DNA from: Thermodesulfobacteriota bacterium
Lineage (GTDB): Bacteria > Desulfobacterota_D > UBA1144 > Nemesobacterales > UBA2774
Direction: 5' to 3'
DNA: 64,000 bases
Assembly: GCA_965223335.1 (NCBI GenBank)
Contig: OZ244991.1
Span: forward strand, 1,152,001-1,216,000
Shown: positions 48,241-58,931 of the stretch, piece by piece
Numbering within the stretch: the stretch's first letter is position 1
Layout of the letters: every line of letters begins with the position of its first letter
The notes under the pieces: generated by a model
The model's database searches: none
Seen by the model: the letters and a program-made list of their open reading frames with translations, nothing else
Told to the model about the DNA's origin: nothing
Translations under genes and position numbers: made by a program

Positions 48241-48987
48241 TTAAAGGCCCATTCCCGATGTGAACAAGAGCATTATAACAAGCCCTATCATAACACCCCA
48301 CGCGGTGTCGTACTTTGTACCGTGCGCAAGGCTCTCGGGCAAGAGCTCGGCTATGGCAAGGAACACCATCGCACCCCCAGCAAACCCGAGTCCAAAGACC
48401 AGTAGAGGTTGGAAAATCCATACGAGCAGAAATGCAGGCACGGCAGCCAGAGGTTGCGGTACGCTTGTGAGTATTGCATAACCGGCACACTTCCACGTCG
48501 AGACCCCCTTGGCCTTAAGCGGCAGCGAAATGGCTATACCCTCGGGGATGTTGTGCACTGCAATTGCTATTGCGAGCAATAGGCCGAACTTATAATCCCC
48601 CGTCGCGTACCCCACTCCTATTGCTATTCCCTCTGGGATGCTGTGTATAAACATGGTGATTATCATCAGCACCGACTGCTTGGAGTCGTAGGAGTTTAGG
48701 TTCTCTATCTTCCAGTCCCGTTTTTCTATCTTTTTGGCTGTAAACCAGTAAAAGAACGCCCCCACTATAAAGCCCGCTGCTACGTCCCATACCTTTCCGC
48801 GTCGAAGTCCCTGCTCGGCAAGGCTGAACACCGAGGCCGATATCATCATCCCGCCCGCAATAGCGTAAGCATAGGCCTGAAACCTTTTGGAGATGGTTTT
48901 AACAAAAGCGAATGGCAGTGCCCCGAGCCCGGTTGCGAGATCGGTTAAGAGTGCTACAAAAAATACCTGCCAGACCAGTGAGCTCAT
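48241..48987 (-). CDS. ZIP family metal transporter (ZupT/GufA-like)
   Basis: HSIPEG and HNIPEG, GGAM, ELLPE. Confidence 0.95.
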   Translation of the reverse strand: MSSLVWQVFFVALLTDLATGLGALPFAFVKTISKRFQAYAYAIAGGMMISASVFSLAEQGLRRGKVWDVAAGFIVGAFFYWFTAKKIEKRDWKIENLNSYDSKQSVLMIITMFIHSIPEGIAIGVGYATGDYKFGLLLAIAIAVHNIPEGIAISLPLKAKGVSTWKCAGYAILTSVPQPLAAVPAFLLVWIFQPLLVFGLGFAGGAMVFLAIAELLPESLAHGTKYDTAWGVMIGLVIMLLFTSGMGL

Positions 48988-49074
48988 GTCGAGATTATTA
49001 TAATACGGCGGGTGTTGTTATCCAGCTTTTAATGAAATTGCGATTAGGCTCAGTCGAGCAGTTATATCAAATGA

Positions 49075-50331
49075 TCACTTACTTGATGGGTCGATAATCT
49101 GAACCGTATGTTTTATCCCTGATTCAAGGTCTACCAACACGCTCATTACCTCTCCCAGGTGTCGCGTCATCAAGAAGTTTTGCCGCACGTGTTCTTTGGC
49201 GTTCTTTCCTATCTCCTCCATCTGCTCTGGGTTTTGGAGCAGTTGGATCATTCTACGAGCTGCGTCTTCCGGCGAGTCCACTAAATAGCCTGTTTGTCCA
49301 TCTATGAGTTGTAGTCGTATACCCCCTGTGTTCCCGCCGATCACGGGCTTTGATTTCCAAAGCCCCTCTGTCACGGTAAGCCCGAACCCTTCCTTAGTAG
49401 ACTTCTGCAGCACAATGTCAGCGGCTCTCTGCAGTGCGTTTATGGTGCGGTGGGCATCGGGTGGTAGCAACAGTATGTGTACATCGGGGTCGTCCCCTGC
49501 CGCTTGCCTTACCTCGGCCAGCACCTCCTCTCCCTCGGGGTCGTCTGTGGCCGTCCCCCCGGCCAGTACCAGTTGCAATCCCCCCACGGTTTTCGTAGCG
49601 ATACTATATGCTTCAATCACTCCCACAGGGTCTTTAAACCGGTCAAACCTCGATACCTGTAGTATCATAGGTCTGTTTGGGTCAATATCGAACTCATTAT
49701 AAATGTTGTTTATTTCGTTTTCCCCAAGCTCGGTGTTTTTATCGCTTAGGGGGTCTATGCTGGGTGCAATGAGGTACTGCCTATGAGGGAGCTTTTGAGC
49801 AAAATCAGCCAGCGAAAAAATGCTCGCATCGTATTGTGCTACGTATCTACTCAAGTATTCCCATACCGGTTTGTGCGGGCTGCTGGCATCTATGTGACAG
49901 CGCCATACCCACTTGCCTTTTCTTTTGGGAAATTGTTCAAGTAGGGCTGCGGGCTGGGGATCGTGAATGATTACAAAATCTGCATCCTCAAGAGTGGGTC
50001 TCAGTTTTTCTGAGTTCTCCACATTGGTCTCTTCATAAGCTTCTATGAGCCGCTTGGGTATATCCACCGGGTTGCCCTGCAGGGCGTTATGCATGTTCTT
50101 GGTACAGTTGTAAAAATCCGCCTCTCCCTCTACTACCTCCCACGACGCATCTATACCCAGATCACGCATAAGCGGGATGAACTTATCCAAAATCTCCGCC
50201 ACCCCTCCTCCGACACGCGTGGAGTTCACATGCACTACTTTCCGGTCCCTAAGCGGCGAAGCCACCTCCTCGAGGTCACGAATTACCTTGCTACCTGTTA
50301 TCGGTTCATATATCGAGAGTTTCTCACCCAA
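49075..50331 (-). CDS. GT4 glycosyltransferase, TreT-like trehalose synthase
   Basis: NSTRVGGGVAEIL, HNALQG, HDPQP, WRCHID, VSRFDRFKDP, EGFGLTVTEGLWK. Confidence 0.9.
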   Translation of the reverse strand: MGEKLSIYEPITGSKVIRDLEEVASPLRDRKVVHVNSTRVGGGVAEILDKFIPLMRDLGIDASWEVVEGEADFYNCTKNMHNALQGNPVDIPKRLIEAYEETNVENSEKLRPTLEDADFVIIHDPQPAALLEQFPKRKGKWVWRCHIDASSPHKPVWEYLSRYVAQYDASIFSLADFAQKLPHRQYLIAPSIDPLSDKNTELGENEINNIYNEFDIDPNRPMILQVSRFDRFKDPVGVIEAYSIATKTVGGLQLVLAGGTATDDPEGEEVLAEVRQAAGDDPDVHILLLPPDAHRTINALQRAADIVLQKSTKEGFGLTVTEGLWKSKPVIGGNTGGIRLQLIDGQTGYLVDSPEDAARRMIQLLQNPEQMEEIGKNAKEHVRQNFLMTRHLGEVMSVLVDLESGIKHTVQIIDPSSK

Positions 50332-50672
50332 TTTCTTGCTCCATGGTTCTGTTCATTTTGTGCTAGGCACGTGGCCTGCATGCAATCTTGATTTATACAC
50401 AGTGTCTAATGTTATAAGATCAGTGCGCCGTCTGTATGTTCTATAATAATTATGAGGAGAGGTAATTATAGAGAGTATACGGAAATACTCAAATCAATAA
50501 TTAGTTCACATAAGTCGTGTGGTTAAATGAATTTTTAGCACTATAATTTTAATAGAATTTATTTCCAATGTCTCGCGTGTCAAAGTCACACGAGAACTAT
50601 TGGAATTTAGAACTATCTCATTTAAAATTTACATTAGTTATTGGATTTGTGTACAATTTAAGGGGGTGATAC

Positions 50673-51533
50673 ATGCGTTGGAAATTAGGTAGAAGGAGCA
50701 GTAATGTTGAAGACCGCCGAGGGGCGCGAGTACCTCGCAAGGCTGCGGGTGGCGGGCTTGGACTACTAATCATAATAATTCTTGCATTACTATTCGGTGT
50801 CGATCCCACTCAGTTCCTGGGTCAGATTACTCGTACGGGAACCACCACCAGTCCCCAGGGCCAGCCCACTCAACAGAGCCCTGAAGACAACAAACTGGCC
50901 GACTTTGTTTCAGTGGTGCTTGCCGACACCGAGGACACTTGGAACACGCTTTTTCCCAAAGTCACCGGCTCCAGGTACCGCGAGCCCAACCTGGTGATGT
51001 TTACCGGAGCCGTGGAATCGGCGTGCGGTTTTGCTCAGGCAGCTATGGGTCCGTTTTACTGCCCGCGTGACCACAAGGTGTATATTGACCTCGATTTTTA
51101 CAGGGACCTTAAACACAAGATGAACTCCCCGGGCGATTTTGCACAGGCCTATGTCATAGCACACGAGGTAGGTCACCACGTACAAAACCTGCTGGGTATA
51201 TCCGAGCAGGTTTTTAACGCCAGAACCAGGCTCAATCAAAGAGACGGTAACAAGCTCTCTGTTATGCAGGAGCTCCAGGCCGACTGCCTTGCCGGGATCT
51301 GGGCTCACCACGCCGATAAAGCCCGCCAGATCCTTGAGGAAGGGGACATCGAAGAGGCACTAAATGCCGCAAGCAACATCGGCGACGACCGTCTGCAGAA
51401 ACAGGGCAGGGGCTACGTTACACCCGATTCCTTTACTCACGGCAGTTCTCAGCAAAGAGTGCGTTGGTTCAAGATCGGTCTTAGGTCAGGTGAATATAAA
51501 GACTGCAACACATTCGAGGCCGACCGCCTCTAG
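50673..51533 (+). CDS. neutral zinc metallopeptidase, YpfJ family
   Basis: SSNVEDRRG, GPFYCP, AHEVGHHVQ, ELQADC, FTHGSS. Confidence 0.94.
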   Translation: MRWKLGRRSSNVEDRRGARVPRKAAGGGLGLLIIIILALLFGVDPTQFLGQITRTGTTTSPQGQPTQQSPEDNKLADFVSVVLADTEDTWNTLFPKVTGSRYREPNLVMFTGAVESACGFAQAAMGPFYCPRDHKVYIDLDFYRDLKHKMNSPGDFAQAYVIAHEVGHHVQNLLGISEQVFNARTRLNQRDGNKLSVMQELQADCLAGIWAHHADKARQILEEGDIEEALNAASNIGDDRLQKQGRGYVTPDSFTHGSSQQRVRWFKIGLRSGEYKDCNTFEADRL

Positions 51534-51549
51534 CCGATTTACTATAGTT

Positions 51550-52791
51550 TTACAGTTGGGTAGTAGCTGTGTTAGCGTTATTTCCCTCAAGGCGGTCTAT
51601 TACTGCTGCACCCACCGAATCACCCCACACGTTCACGGTGGTACGACAGCGGTCCAGTAGCCAGTCTATGGCCAATATAAGTCCTACACCCTCAAGCGGC
51701 AATCCCACCGCCTGGAGTACAAGCACCATAGTCACAAGACCCGCTTCGGGGATACCCGCTGCTCCTATCGCAGCCAGTGTGGCTGTAAAAAACACCACTA
51801 ACAGCTCTCCCCCGGCCAGGTTTATCCCATAGCTCTGCGCTATAAAGATCACTGCTACTGCCTCGTAAAGCGCCGTCCCGTCCATGTTGATAGTAGCACC
51901 CAGGGGTAAAACAAACCTGCCCACCTTGGGCGTAACCTTGGCCTCCTCGATTACCCCCTCCATGGTAAGCGGGAGCGTTGCCGACGAGGACGCGGTTGAA
52001 AAAGCGGTAAGCAGCGCTTTACTCATATTCTTTACAAAACTTATAGGGTTTCTACGTGTAAAGAGTATAAGGATAAGCGGCAACACCACTACACCGTGTA
52101 TTAGAAGCCCTACCACCACGCTTAACACATACCTGCCCAGCACTGCAAGCAGGGTCAAAACCTCGCTCCCTCCCCCGGCCAGGCCTATCCTCTCGGCTAT
52201 CAAACTAAATATACCTATGGGAGTAAAGAGCATTATCCAGTGCACGATCTTCATTATGGCTTCATCCAGTATAGCGAATATATCCTCAATCGCTTTACTC
52301 TTTTTCCCAAGCGAAGCAAACGCCGCACCGAATATAATTGACGCCACTATAAGGGGGAGTATCTCGTATTCCTCTGCCGAGTTAAACAGGTTGGGCGAGA
52401 TGAATTTAAGCAGCAATATATCCACAAGGCTCATCGACTCCTTGCCTTTTACAATCTCGGGCATTGCCCCTGTTACTGCTGCTGTGCCCTCACCAGGATG
52501 AAGCACAGTCACGATCACAATACCTATAAAAACTGCGATCGCTGTAGTGACTAAGTAGTATAAGAGGGTTTTTAGACCCAGTGAGCCCAGGTTGCCCACT
52601 TTCATAATGCTAAGTGTGATTGATACTATGACAAGAGGGAGCACTATCATCTTTAGTGCGTTTAAAAACAGCGTTCCCAAAAAACCCAGTTTTACCCCTA
52701 CCTCTGGAAATAACGATCCTACCACCCCGCCTAATATTACTCCAAAAATTATTCCAACAATTAGATAATTATCCTTTAAAATAGAGTTCAT
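51550..52791 (-). CDS. dicarboxylate/amino acid:cation symporter (DAACS)
   Basis: AFSTASSSATLP, GATINMDG, DRCRTTVNVWGD. Confidence 0.96.
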   Translation of the reverse strand: MNSILKDNYLIVGIIFGVILGGVVGSLFPEVGVKLGFLGTLFLNALKMIVLPLVIVSITLSIMKVGNLGSLGLKTLLYYLVTTAIAVFIGIVIVTVLHPGEGTAAVTGAMPEIVKGKESMSLVDILLLKFISPNLFNSAEEYEILPLIVASIIFGAAFASLGKKSKAIEDIFAILDEAIMKIVHWIMLFTPIGIFSLIAERIGLAGGGSEVLTLLAVLGRYVLSVVVGLLIHGVVVLPLILILFTRRNPISFVKNMSKALLTAFSTASSSATLPLTMEGVIEEAKVTPKVGRFVLPLGATINMDGTALYEAVAVIFIAQSYGINLAGGELLVVFFTATLAAIGAAGIPEAGLVTMVLVLQAVGLPLEGVGLILAIDWLLDRCRTTVNVWGDSVGAAVIDRLEGNNANTATTQL

Positions 52792-52918
52792 ATAGTATAA
52801 ATTTCTCCATAGCTACCTAGACAACTGGCGGTGTTCTGGTTGACTTGGCACTTTTGTAAGTAAAATAATAGCAAGTACGTGAGAAAAAATAAAACTAAAG
52901 TGATGTAATCTTAATGAT

Positions 52919-53764
52919 ATGAGCCCACTATACTCTATACAATCTCGATCGGTTCTAAGCAGTATATTCGTATTCTGCTCAGTTGCTTTATTTCTTTTGA
53001 TGTTTGCAGGTGCCGAGCTCTCATATTCGGAGCAGCTCGATGTGCCTCCTCTCGAGCAGCGCGAAGAGGGCACAATAATGACCTACCACAAGTCCGGCGA
53101 GCTGAAATGGCAGGCAACCTGGAGTACTCAAAAAATTTCAAAAGAAGAGCAGAGCTACCTAAAACTCGTCCTAAACGGCAGCGGTGTTACTAGCCCGTTT
53201 ACTCAAGAGACCACATGGAGGGCCGAGTCACTTTGGAATTTAAACGGTGGGTTTTTCCCTGTCAGTGCCGACACTGTTATAAAGAATACGGCCGGCAAAA
53301 CAATAAGGATAGAAGAAAAGGTTTTCGACTACACCAAGGGGGTCTCTAAATTTAACAGACAGGATTTCCCCTCGGGCGATAAATTCTCTAAGGAATACAA
53401 TGTTCCCATGGGGACGTTAATAGTCGAGGGCATAGTGTTTGCTCTACGCTCGCTCCCATTCGAGACTGAGGGAACAGTACGTACCAGTCTGCTCAGCAAT
53501 GAACCCGAACTCTACAACATCGAGTTTGTACAGCGCGGCATCGAGAAAGTGATGACCAAGGAGGGAGAGGTCGAGTGCTACAAAGTAGAGCTTATCCCAA
53601 AGCTCGGCATTGTGGGTGTGCTCAGAGTGTTTTTTCCCAAGACCTACTTTTGGTTCACGGTTGAGAGCCCTCATCGTTGGGTCAGGTACGAGGGCTTGGA
53701 AAACGGGCTCGGCACCCCAGAGGTCTTTATGGAAGTAACCGATATTATAAATACTCAGAATTAA
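52919..53764 (+). CDS. secreted beta-rich protein, DUF3108-like
   Basis: Signal peptide; E.V.T..G.VECYKV and YFWF motifs. Confidence 0.6.
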   Translation: MSPLYSIQSRSVLSSIFVFCSVALFLLMFAGAELSYSEQLDVPPLEQREEGTIMTYHKSGELKWQATWSTQKISKEEQSYLKLVLNGSGVTSPFTQETTWRAESLWNLNGGFFPVSADTVIKNTAGKTIRIEEKVFDYTKGVSKFNRQDFPSGDKFSKEYNVPMGTLIVEGIVFALRSLPFETEGTVRTSLLSNEPELYNIEFVQRGIEKVMTKEGEVECYKVELIPKLGIVGVLRVFFPKTYFWFTVESPHRWVRYEGLENGLGTPEVFMEVTDIINTQN

Positions 53765-53937
53765 TTCCCTGGGATTAATAATTGTTCTTTACATTTTTAC
53801 TTTATGTTTGCAAGGGCTATAATCTGCGAATTGAAACATTTTCACTGTCACCGGGGTTAAATACCGGATATAATTTGTTTAGCGTTATGTACTAAAACTC
53901 GGGGCTGGTCGGAGGGAAAAACTCTTAGGAGGACGAT

Positions 53938-54336
53938 ATGAAGAACAACAAGCTGGCTATTGCTTTTATGATGCTCACACTGCCTCTATTTCTTACCGGA
54001 TGTATTGCTGCGGCAGTCGGGGGCGGAGTGGCTGCTGGTGCTGGTACCGTGGCGTATATTAAGGGTGAATTAAAAGCCACAGAAGAAGCCAATATAGACA
54101 GAGCCTGGCAGGCTACCGAACAAGCGATTGACCAATTAAGGTTCCTAGTGATCAACAAAGTTCACGATGCAGTCTCAGGCGAGATAGAGGCAAGGACTGC
54201 CGATAACGAAAAGATACACATAAGCTTAAAAAGAAAGACAGAAAATCTAACGGATATATCTATTAGGGTCGGGTTGTTCGGAGACGAAGCGTTATCGCGA
54301 CTCATACTGGATAAAATCCAGCAAAACCTCCGCTGA
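53938..54336 (+). CDS. DUF3568-like lipoprotein
   Basis: Lipobox LTGC, Gly/Ala-rich stretch, IRVGLFGDE..SR. Confidence 0.82.
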   Translation: MKNNKLAIAFMMLTLPLFLTGCIAAAVGGGVAAGAGTVAYIKGELKATEEANIDRAWQATEQAIDQLRFLVINKVHDAVSGEIEARTADNEKIHISLKRKTENLTDISIRVGLFGDEALSRLILDKIQQNLR

Positions 54337-54345
54337 CAAAATTTT

Positions 54346-55317
54346 TTAATCGGCTTGCTCGGCTATTAGTCGCTCAATCTCTATATCGAGCTCGGTGTGG
54401 ATACCGAGTTCGTGGAGTGCCGAGTTGGCTTCCTCAAGGCTTTTGGCATTAGCCACACTCCTTGCCATCTTAGATATCTTTTCATACATCACGGTTGGCG
54501 ACAGGTAGAATGTGACCGTGGACGATGCGCAAAGGGATACGGTTCTCCTCCCGCTACGTATAGTTGTGTCTTCGTACTCTCCCTTGGCATAGAGCACGGG
54601 TAGGCGGCTTGCCTCTGTGGGTACCGTTGCGATTGCCTTTTCTAAATCCACCATAGCACCCCTTGTGATACCCCAGCTTCCCAATAGCCCCCCCTCTCTG
54701 GCAACTAACTGTATTGACCGTTCCAGTTCTTTTTGTGTGAGTTCCCCGTCGCTGCCAAAGCCAAATAAACCCATGACCGTAGGGACTGTCTTATCGGTCT
54801 CTGCCAGAGCTGCGGTCATAATAGAGTCTGCTAGCGGACTCATGAGCCCGGGTTCATCTCCCAATGCTATTACGTCCCCTCCCACATCGATGCCAAAGAT
54901 TAAGTCTGCACCCAGCTTGGTGGCAGCGTCCAAAAGCCCTTCGGTGACTGCACCGGGCCCCCCGTTTATATCTATAAGGAGTGTCTCTTCACCAATAACC
55001 TCGGACATTCCGGACTCAGCATATTTCACCCCTGTGCTTGTAGCCGTGTCTTTATTTGCGTACCATACTACGTCGTTTAGCTTTCTGGCGTTTACGGTTT
55101 CTTCGTAGTTCCTTGGACCCGGCACCGGGTCAAACACCGACCTTTCCCACGACAACCCCCCATACACACACTCTATTCCAAACATTCCCAACAGGTGTGC
55201 CGTAGGTATGGTGCCTACAACATCTCCCCCTCCCCCTATACCTATCAATAATGCTTTGGTACCCTGCCTTATCAGACTCTCTAGCGATTTTTCGATTGCC
55301 ATCCAGTGCCCTCTCAT
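54346..55317 (-). CDS. DUF1152 domain protein
   Basis: GIGGGGDV, IDVGGDV, SPLAD, GSDGEL. Confidence 0.82.
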   Translation of the reverse strand: MRGHWMAIEKSLESLIRQGTKALLIGIGGGGDVVGTIPTAHLLGMFGIECVYGGLSWERSVFDPVPGPRNYEETVNARKLNDVVWYANKDTATSTGVKYAESGMSEVIGEETLLIDINGGPGAVTEGLLDAATKLGADLIFGIDVGGDVIALGDEPGLMSPLADSIMTAALAETDKTVPTVMGLFGFGSDGELTQKELERSIQLVAREGGLLGSWGITRGAMVDLEKAIATVPTEASRLPVLYAKGEYEDTTIRSGRRTVSLCASSTVTFYLSPTVMYEKISKMARSVANAKSLEEANSALHELGIHTELDIEIERLIAEQAD

Positions 55318-55412
55318 CCATCCAGTTAGTACAATTTTGGGTTAATTAGAGTGTAATAATCTACAGCATCACGAGCAACATACAATTGTAATTTTTTCGA
55401 ACGGGATAGGTT

Positions 55413-56840
55413 TTAGTTGTCGGGGAGTTCGAGCAAGATGAATAACACATTATCGCTAAATGCGGGATCTTTTGTTAAACCCAGATGGTCCGAGAATAAA
55501 AACATTACGTTTGACCACTTTATAGGTGATTTGAGTCCAGGCTCCCAGGGCTGGCCCGTGCGCTCGTCCATAAGAGCGCTTGTACGGATGACAGTGCCGT
55601 CCCCGGGGGTAAGTCGAGTCACCTCGTAAGAACCGTCTGTGGTATTTACGGTTACACCCGCACCTGTGGGGATAGCATCTCCTGCGATCAAGTAGAGCCT
55701 CAAACCCTCGGGCGGCTGGGCATCGGTATCTATTGCCAGGTGAAACTGTTTAGCACGCATAAGCGATTTCTCTAGGTGGTCGAGTGCAACCTCGCGTCTA
55801 CGTGTGGGGTTACCAATATCCGGCAGTAACCATGCCAGTGTGCTGTCAGTTTCCGGGTTGGCTAAACCCCAGTTCATGGCTGTCCATACCCCCGGATCGA
55901 GTATATCTATTTTGTTCCCTTCGCGGTCCACAATCGCACCGTGCCTTACCCTCGGCAGCAGTTGATAGAGTGACGGCATTGTGCCTATAACCGCGCTATT
56001 GTATTTTGGCAGGAACGGCCCAAAGTCGCGTCCCTCGATAAGTGTCTCGAATGAACCCACAGCGCCGGCGTTCGGTGTGCCGATGATTATTGCTTTGTCC
56101 ACATACTTTGCACCCTCCCATGTGGGTATGGGTATGGTGCCCTCGGGGGGCAGATCATTTGATCCATAGCGCAGGAAATACCTTGTTACAAGCCCGCCCA
56201 TCGAGTGCGCGACAATGTCGAATTTTACCTCGTCCTTTTGTATGCCCCTTTTTTTGTACTCGCTAAGCACATACTCACTTTTCTCTTTTATAAACTGTTC
56301 TAGACGTTTTGCATTCTCTACATTGTCTAGACGCCAGTCATAAGAGAACTGAAAGCATGTAAAGTGGTCGTCTCCGTACTGAATATTATTTTCATCATTG
56401 GTTGCAAGCGACTCGTCCAAGTACCCGCCCGCACCTAATGTGCTTAAGATGTTTATATAGGCGTTTAGCTCTATTGGCAGACCCAAAACGCTTACCTTGA
56501 CCTTGTCTAATGCACCGTCGGGGTACACACTGTCCGTAAGCTCTGCGAGCGGCACCCCTTTTTTCATTGGGAGGGCTACCAGCCTTGCCCCATCGGGTTT
56601 TTCAGGGTTAGCCGTGGTTTTTTCAAACGCACCCCATACCAACTGCCCCGTCTCCGGATCCCGTAACTTGGAGCCCAGAATTCCCGGGATCACTATCACA
56701 GGGTTGCCCTGTTCATGCGATCGCATAGCGGCCTCGTTGTATAGACCGCCCAGGTCCGGTGCCTTGTATTCCGCTCTGCCACACCCGTATATGGCAGTTA
56801 AGAGAGACGCTATAAGAATTAATCGTAAGATAAGGTTATT
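55413..56840 (-). CDS. alpha/beta-hydrolase lipase/acyltransferase (LCAT-like) lipoprotein; start uncertain
   Basis: IPGILGS, YDWR, AHSMGG, GTPNAG, GDGTV; frame stays open upstream of ATG 56726 through a lipoprotein signal (AIYGC, Cys codon 56781-56783). Confidence 0.85.
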   Translation of the reverse strand, partial: NNLILRLILIASLLTAIYGCGRAEYKAPDLGGLYNEAAMRSHEQGNPVIVIPGILGSKLRDPETGQLVWGAFEKTTANPEKPDGARLVALPMKKGVPLAELTDSVYPDGALDKVKVSVLGLPIELNAYINILSTLGAGGYLDESLATNDENNIQYGDDHFTCFQFSYDWRLDNVENAKRLEQFIKEKSEYVLSEYKKRGIQKDEVKFDIVAHSMGGLVTRYFLRYGSNDLPPEGTIPIPTWEGAKYVDKAIIIGTPNAGAVGSFETLIEGRDFGPFLPKYNSAVIGTMPSLYQLLPRVRHGAIVDREGNKIDILDPGVWTAMNWGLANPETDSTLAWLLPDIGNPTRRREVALDHLEKSLMRAKQFHLAIDTDAQPPEGLRLYLIAGDAIPTGAGVTVNTTDGSYEVTRLTPGDGTVIRTSALMDERTGQPWEPGLKSPIKWSNVMFLFSDHLGLTKDPAFSDNVLFILLELPDN

Positions 56841-56959
56841 CCCCCTCCCCGGTATTTATGACCATCATATGATATCTTAAAGAACTCGCAAGTGAAATAG
56901 ATTCTCTAGTTATGTGAATAAGTTAAATATAGTTTTATAGTGGGTTGGTGATGAAAAAA

Positions 56960-57212
56960 ATTTGCCCAATGCTATTTCAGTTCTGCTTGCGGTGCTTGTG
57001 TTCAGCGGAGCTGCACTAGGGGGCACACTATTGTTCGGCATGGAGGGAGTGGGGCTCGAGATGATCCTTGCATTTGCCGTAGCTGCGTTTTTATACTGGT
57101 TACAGAGGAGTTGTTGGTAGAGGCTCACGAGGGCAGGGACACAGCGTTTTCTACAGGTATGTTTTTCGTCGGGTTTTTAATTGTATTGGTACTCGAAGTC
57201 GGGATTAAGTGA
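56960..57212 (+). pseudogene. truncated, frameshifted ZIP-family transporter remnant
   Basis: ...EMILAFAVAAFLY then frame change near 57097 to VTEELLVEAHE...MFFVGFLIVLVLE*; N-terminal part absent. Confidence 0.7.
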
Positions 57213-57226
57213 TAGCTGGACAATAA

Positions 57227-57508
57227 CTACTCGGGCATCTGCGATTCCATCTTAGTGCAAGTGACTTGAGGCTGTATAGTGTTGTCACCTGTATCCGCAG
57301 CCCTTTGACACGAGTATGTCTCACCGCTGCATAGTGCCATCCATGTAGCACTACCGTCAGATAGATCTACCTTTCGTTCTATTATCTCTATTTTTTCCGC
57401 AGGACAGGGGATCTGTCCCACTGACTGCTCTTCCATAGTTGATACTTGCTTAGAGTTTGCACACGATAAGCAGATTAATATTGTTAGGGCTAAAAGGTAT
57501 GATTTCAT
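57227..57508 (-). CDS. small cysteine-rich lipoprotein
   Basis: Lipobox CLSC, four further Cys, GGAGGAG RBS. Confidence 0.78.
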   Translation of the reverse strand: MKSYLLALTILICLSCANSKQVSTMEEQSVGQIPCPAEKIEIIERKVDLSDGSATWMALCSGETYSCQRAADTGDNTIQPQVTCTKMESQMPE

Positions 57509-57570
57509 AACTCCTCCAGTTTATATTTTATAGAGTTACTTAGCAAACAATCATGTCTTAAAATATGCTC

Positions 57571-58650
57571 TCACTTGGTGACTATGTAGTAGTAGTTTAT
57601 TGGGTCATGAGGTAGTTCCTTAATCTCGATCTCACTGAACCCGGCCTCGCGCAGCATCTCGGTTGCGAGCTCTTTACCCCACATTGCTCCTAGTCCTTTC
57701 CCGCCCTGTGCCAGTGAAACGGTCATGCAGTGCATACATGATATCGTATAGATCACCGTACCCAGAGGGTGGTCAAGGTTATTGTTTACATAACTAGAGC
57801 CGGCTATATCCTGCATAAAATAGACCCCGTCGTCTTTAAGCGCACTGTTTATGATGGAGAGTACTTTTTGCGGATCGGCTTGGTCGTGTATAGCATCGAA
57901 TGTGAAGATGAGGTCGTACTCCTTTTGGTCGTCGATTAATGCAGCGTCTTTTGCCTCAAAAGTGATGTTTGTAAGCCCTTTCTCCCGGGCCAAATCCCTT
58001 CCCGTTTCGACCGCTTCCTCTAGAAAGTCATAGCCCTTAAAAGTGCTGTTGGGGAACTCTTCTGCCAGCCTGACCATAGCAAGACCGCTGCCACACCCTA
58101 TATCCACAACCGAGATTCCTTCGTCTAATTTTTCCTTTATCCCCGGCACAAGCGGCAGCAGTTCGTCTACAAGCGGCACTACTACGGTCTGGTGGCTCTC
58201 GCTGGCCATCACTTCGTTAAAACGCTCGTAATGCTCGTAGTGCACCCCACCACCGTTATGAAAACAGTCTACTATTTTATCTTCGACAGTTCCCAAGAGG
58301 CCTATCCACTGTGTAGCGATGGCCAAATTATTAGGTGTGGATTTTCTCGTGAGCCACGCAGCGTGTTCGCGGGGCAGGTAGTATGTTCCGTTATCGTGAT
58401 TGTGCTCTACTATACTGCCGGTCACCATAGACCCGAGCCATTCACGTACATACCTTTCGTCCAGATTAGCCTTTGCTGCGATTTCGTGGCTAGTTGCGGG
58501 GTCCATCTCACACATAGCATCGAAAAGCCCCGTCCTATGCCCTATGGATATCATCAGGTTTAGCGCCCCGTGGTTAAGTACATCCAACATATTCTCCGCA
58601 AATCCTTCTGAACGCTTTTGGTCAAATTCCATCTGTTTTGCGTCTGCCAT
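57571..58650 (-). CDS. class I SAM methyltransferase with N-terminal winged helix (Rv2258c-like)
   Basis: ERYVREWL, DIGCGSG, FDAIHD, YTISCMHCMTVSLA, LGAMWG. Confidence 0.92.
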   Translation of the reverse strand: MADAKQMEFDQKRSEGFAENMLDVLNHGALNLMISIGHRTGLFDAMCEMDPATSHEIAAKANLDERYVREWLGSMVTGSIVEHNHDNGTYYLPREHAAWLTRKSTPNNLAIATQWIGLLGTVEDKIVDCFHNGGGVHYEHYERFNEVMASESHQTVVVPLVDELLPLVPGIKEKLDEGISVVDIGCGSGLAMVRLAEEFPNSTFKGYDFLEEAVETGRDLAREKGLTNITFEAKDAALIDDQKEYDLIFTFDAIHDQADPQKVLSIINSALKDDGVYFMQDIAGSSYVNNNLDHPLGTVIYTISCMHCMTVSLAQGGKGLGAMWGKELATEMLREAGFSEIEIKELPHDPINYYYIVTK

Positions 58651-58931
58651 ATCTTACCTCTCCCCTAATCACCGTTACTAAACTATAAACTAACCCCACC
58701 CAACTAGTCCATAGTAGCTTGCAAATATGTCCATATATAAACATGCGAACAAAAAGTCAAATTATGCATAAATGGTTAGCAGGCTACGTGCTATAAAATT
58801 CAATGTACACAATTTTGATATTAGCTATGAATTGGTTGTTATATTCTATGCAACAAGTCTGCATAAGTGCGTTAACATTTTTGATTTGTTTTGGTTAACC
58901 TAATTGTAGTAGTTCAAATAGGAGGTCATTT

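Noticed and set aside
58872..58900. TTAACA/TTAACC pair upstream of the thioredoxin-fold gene
   Set aside because: 23-bp spacing with no intervening hexamer, so it does not fit the 11-bp arrays.
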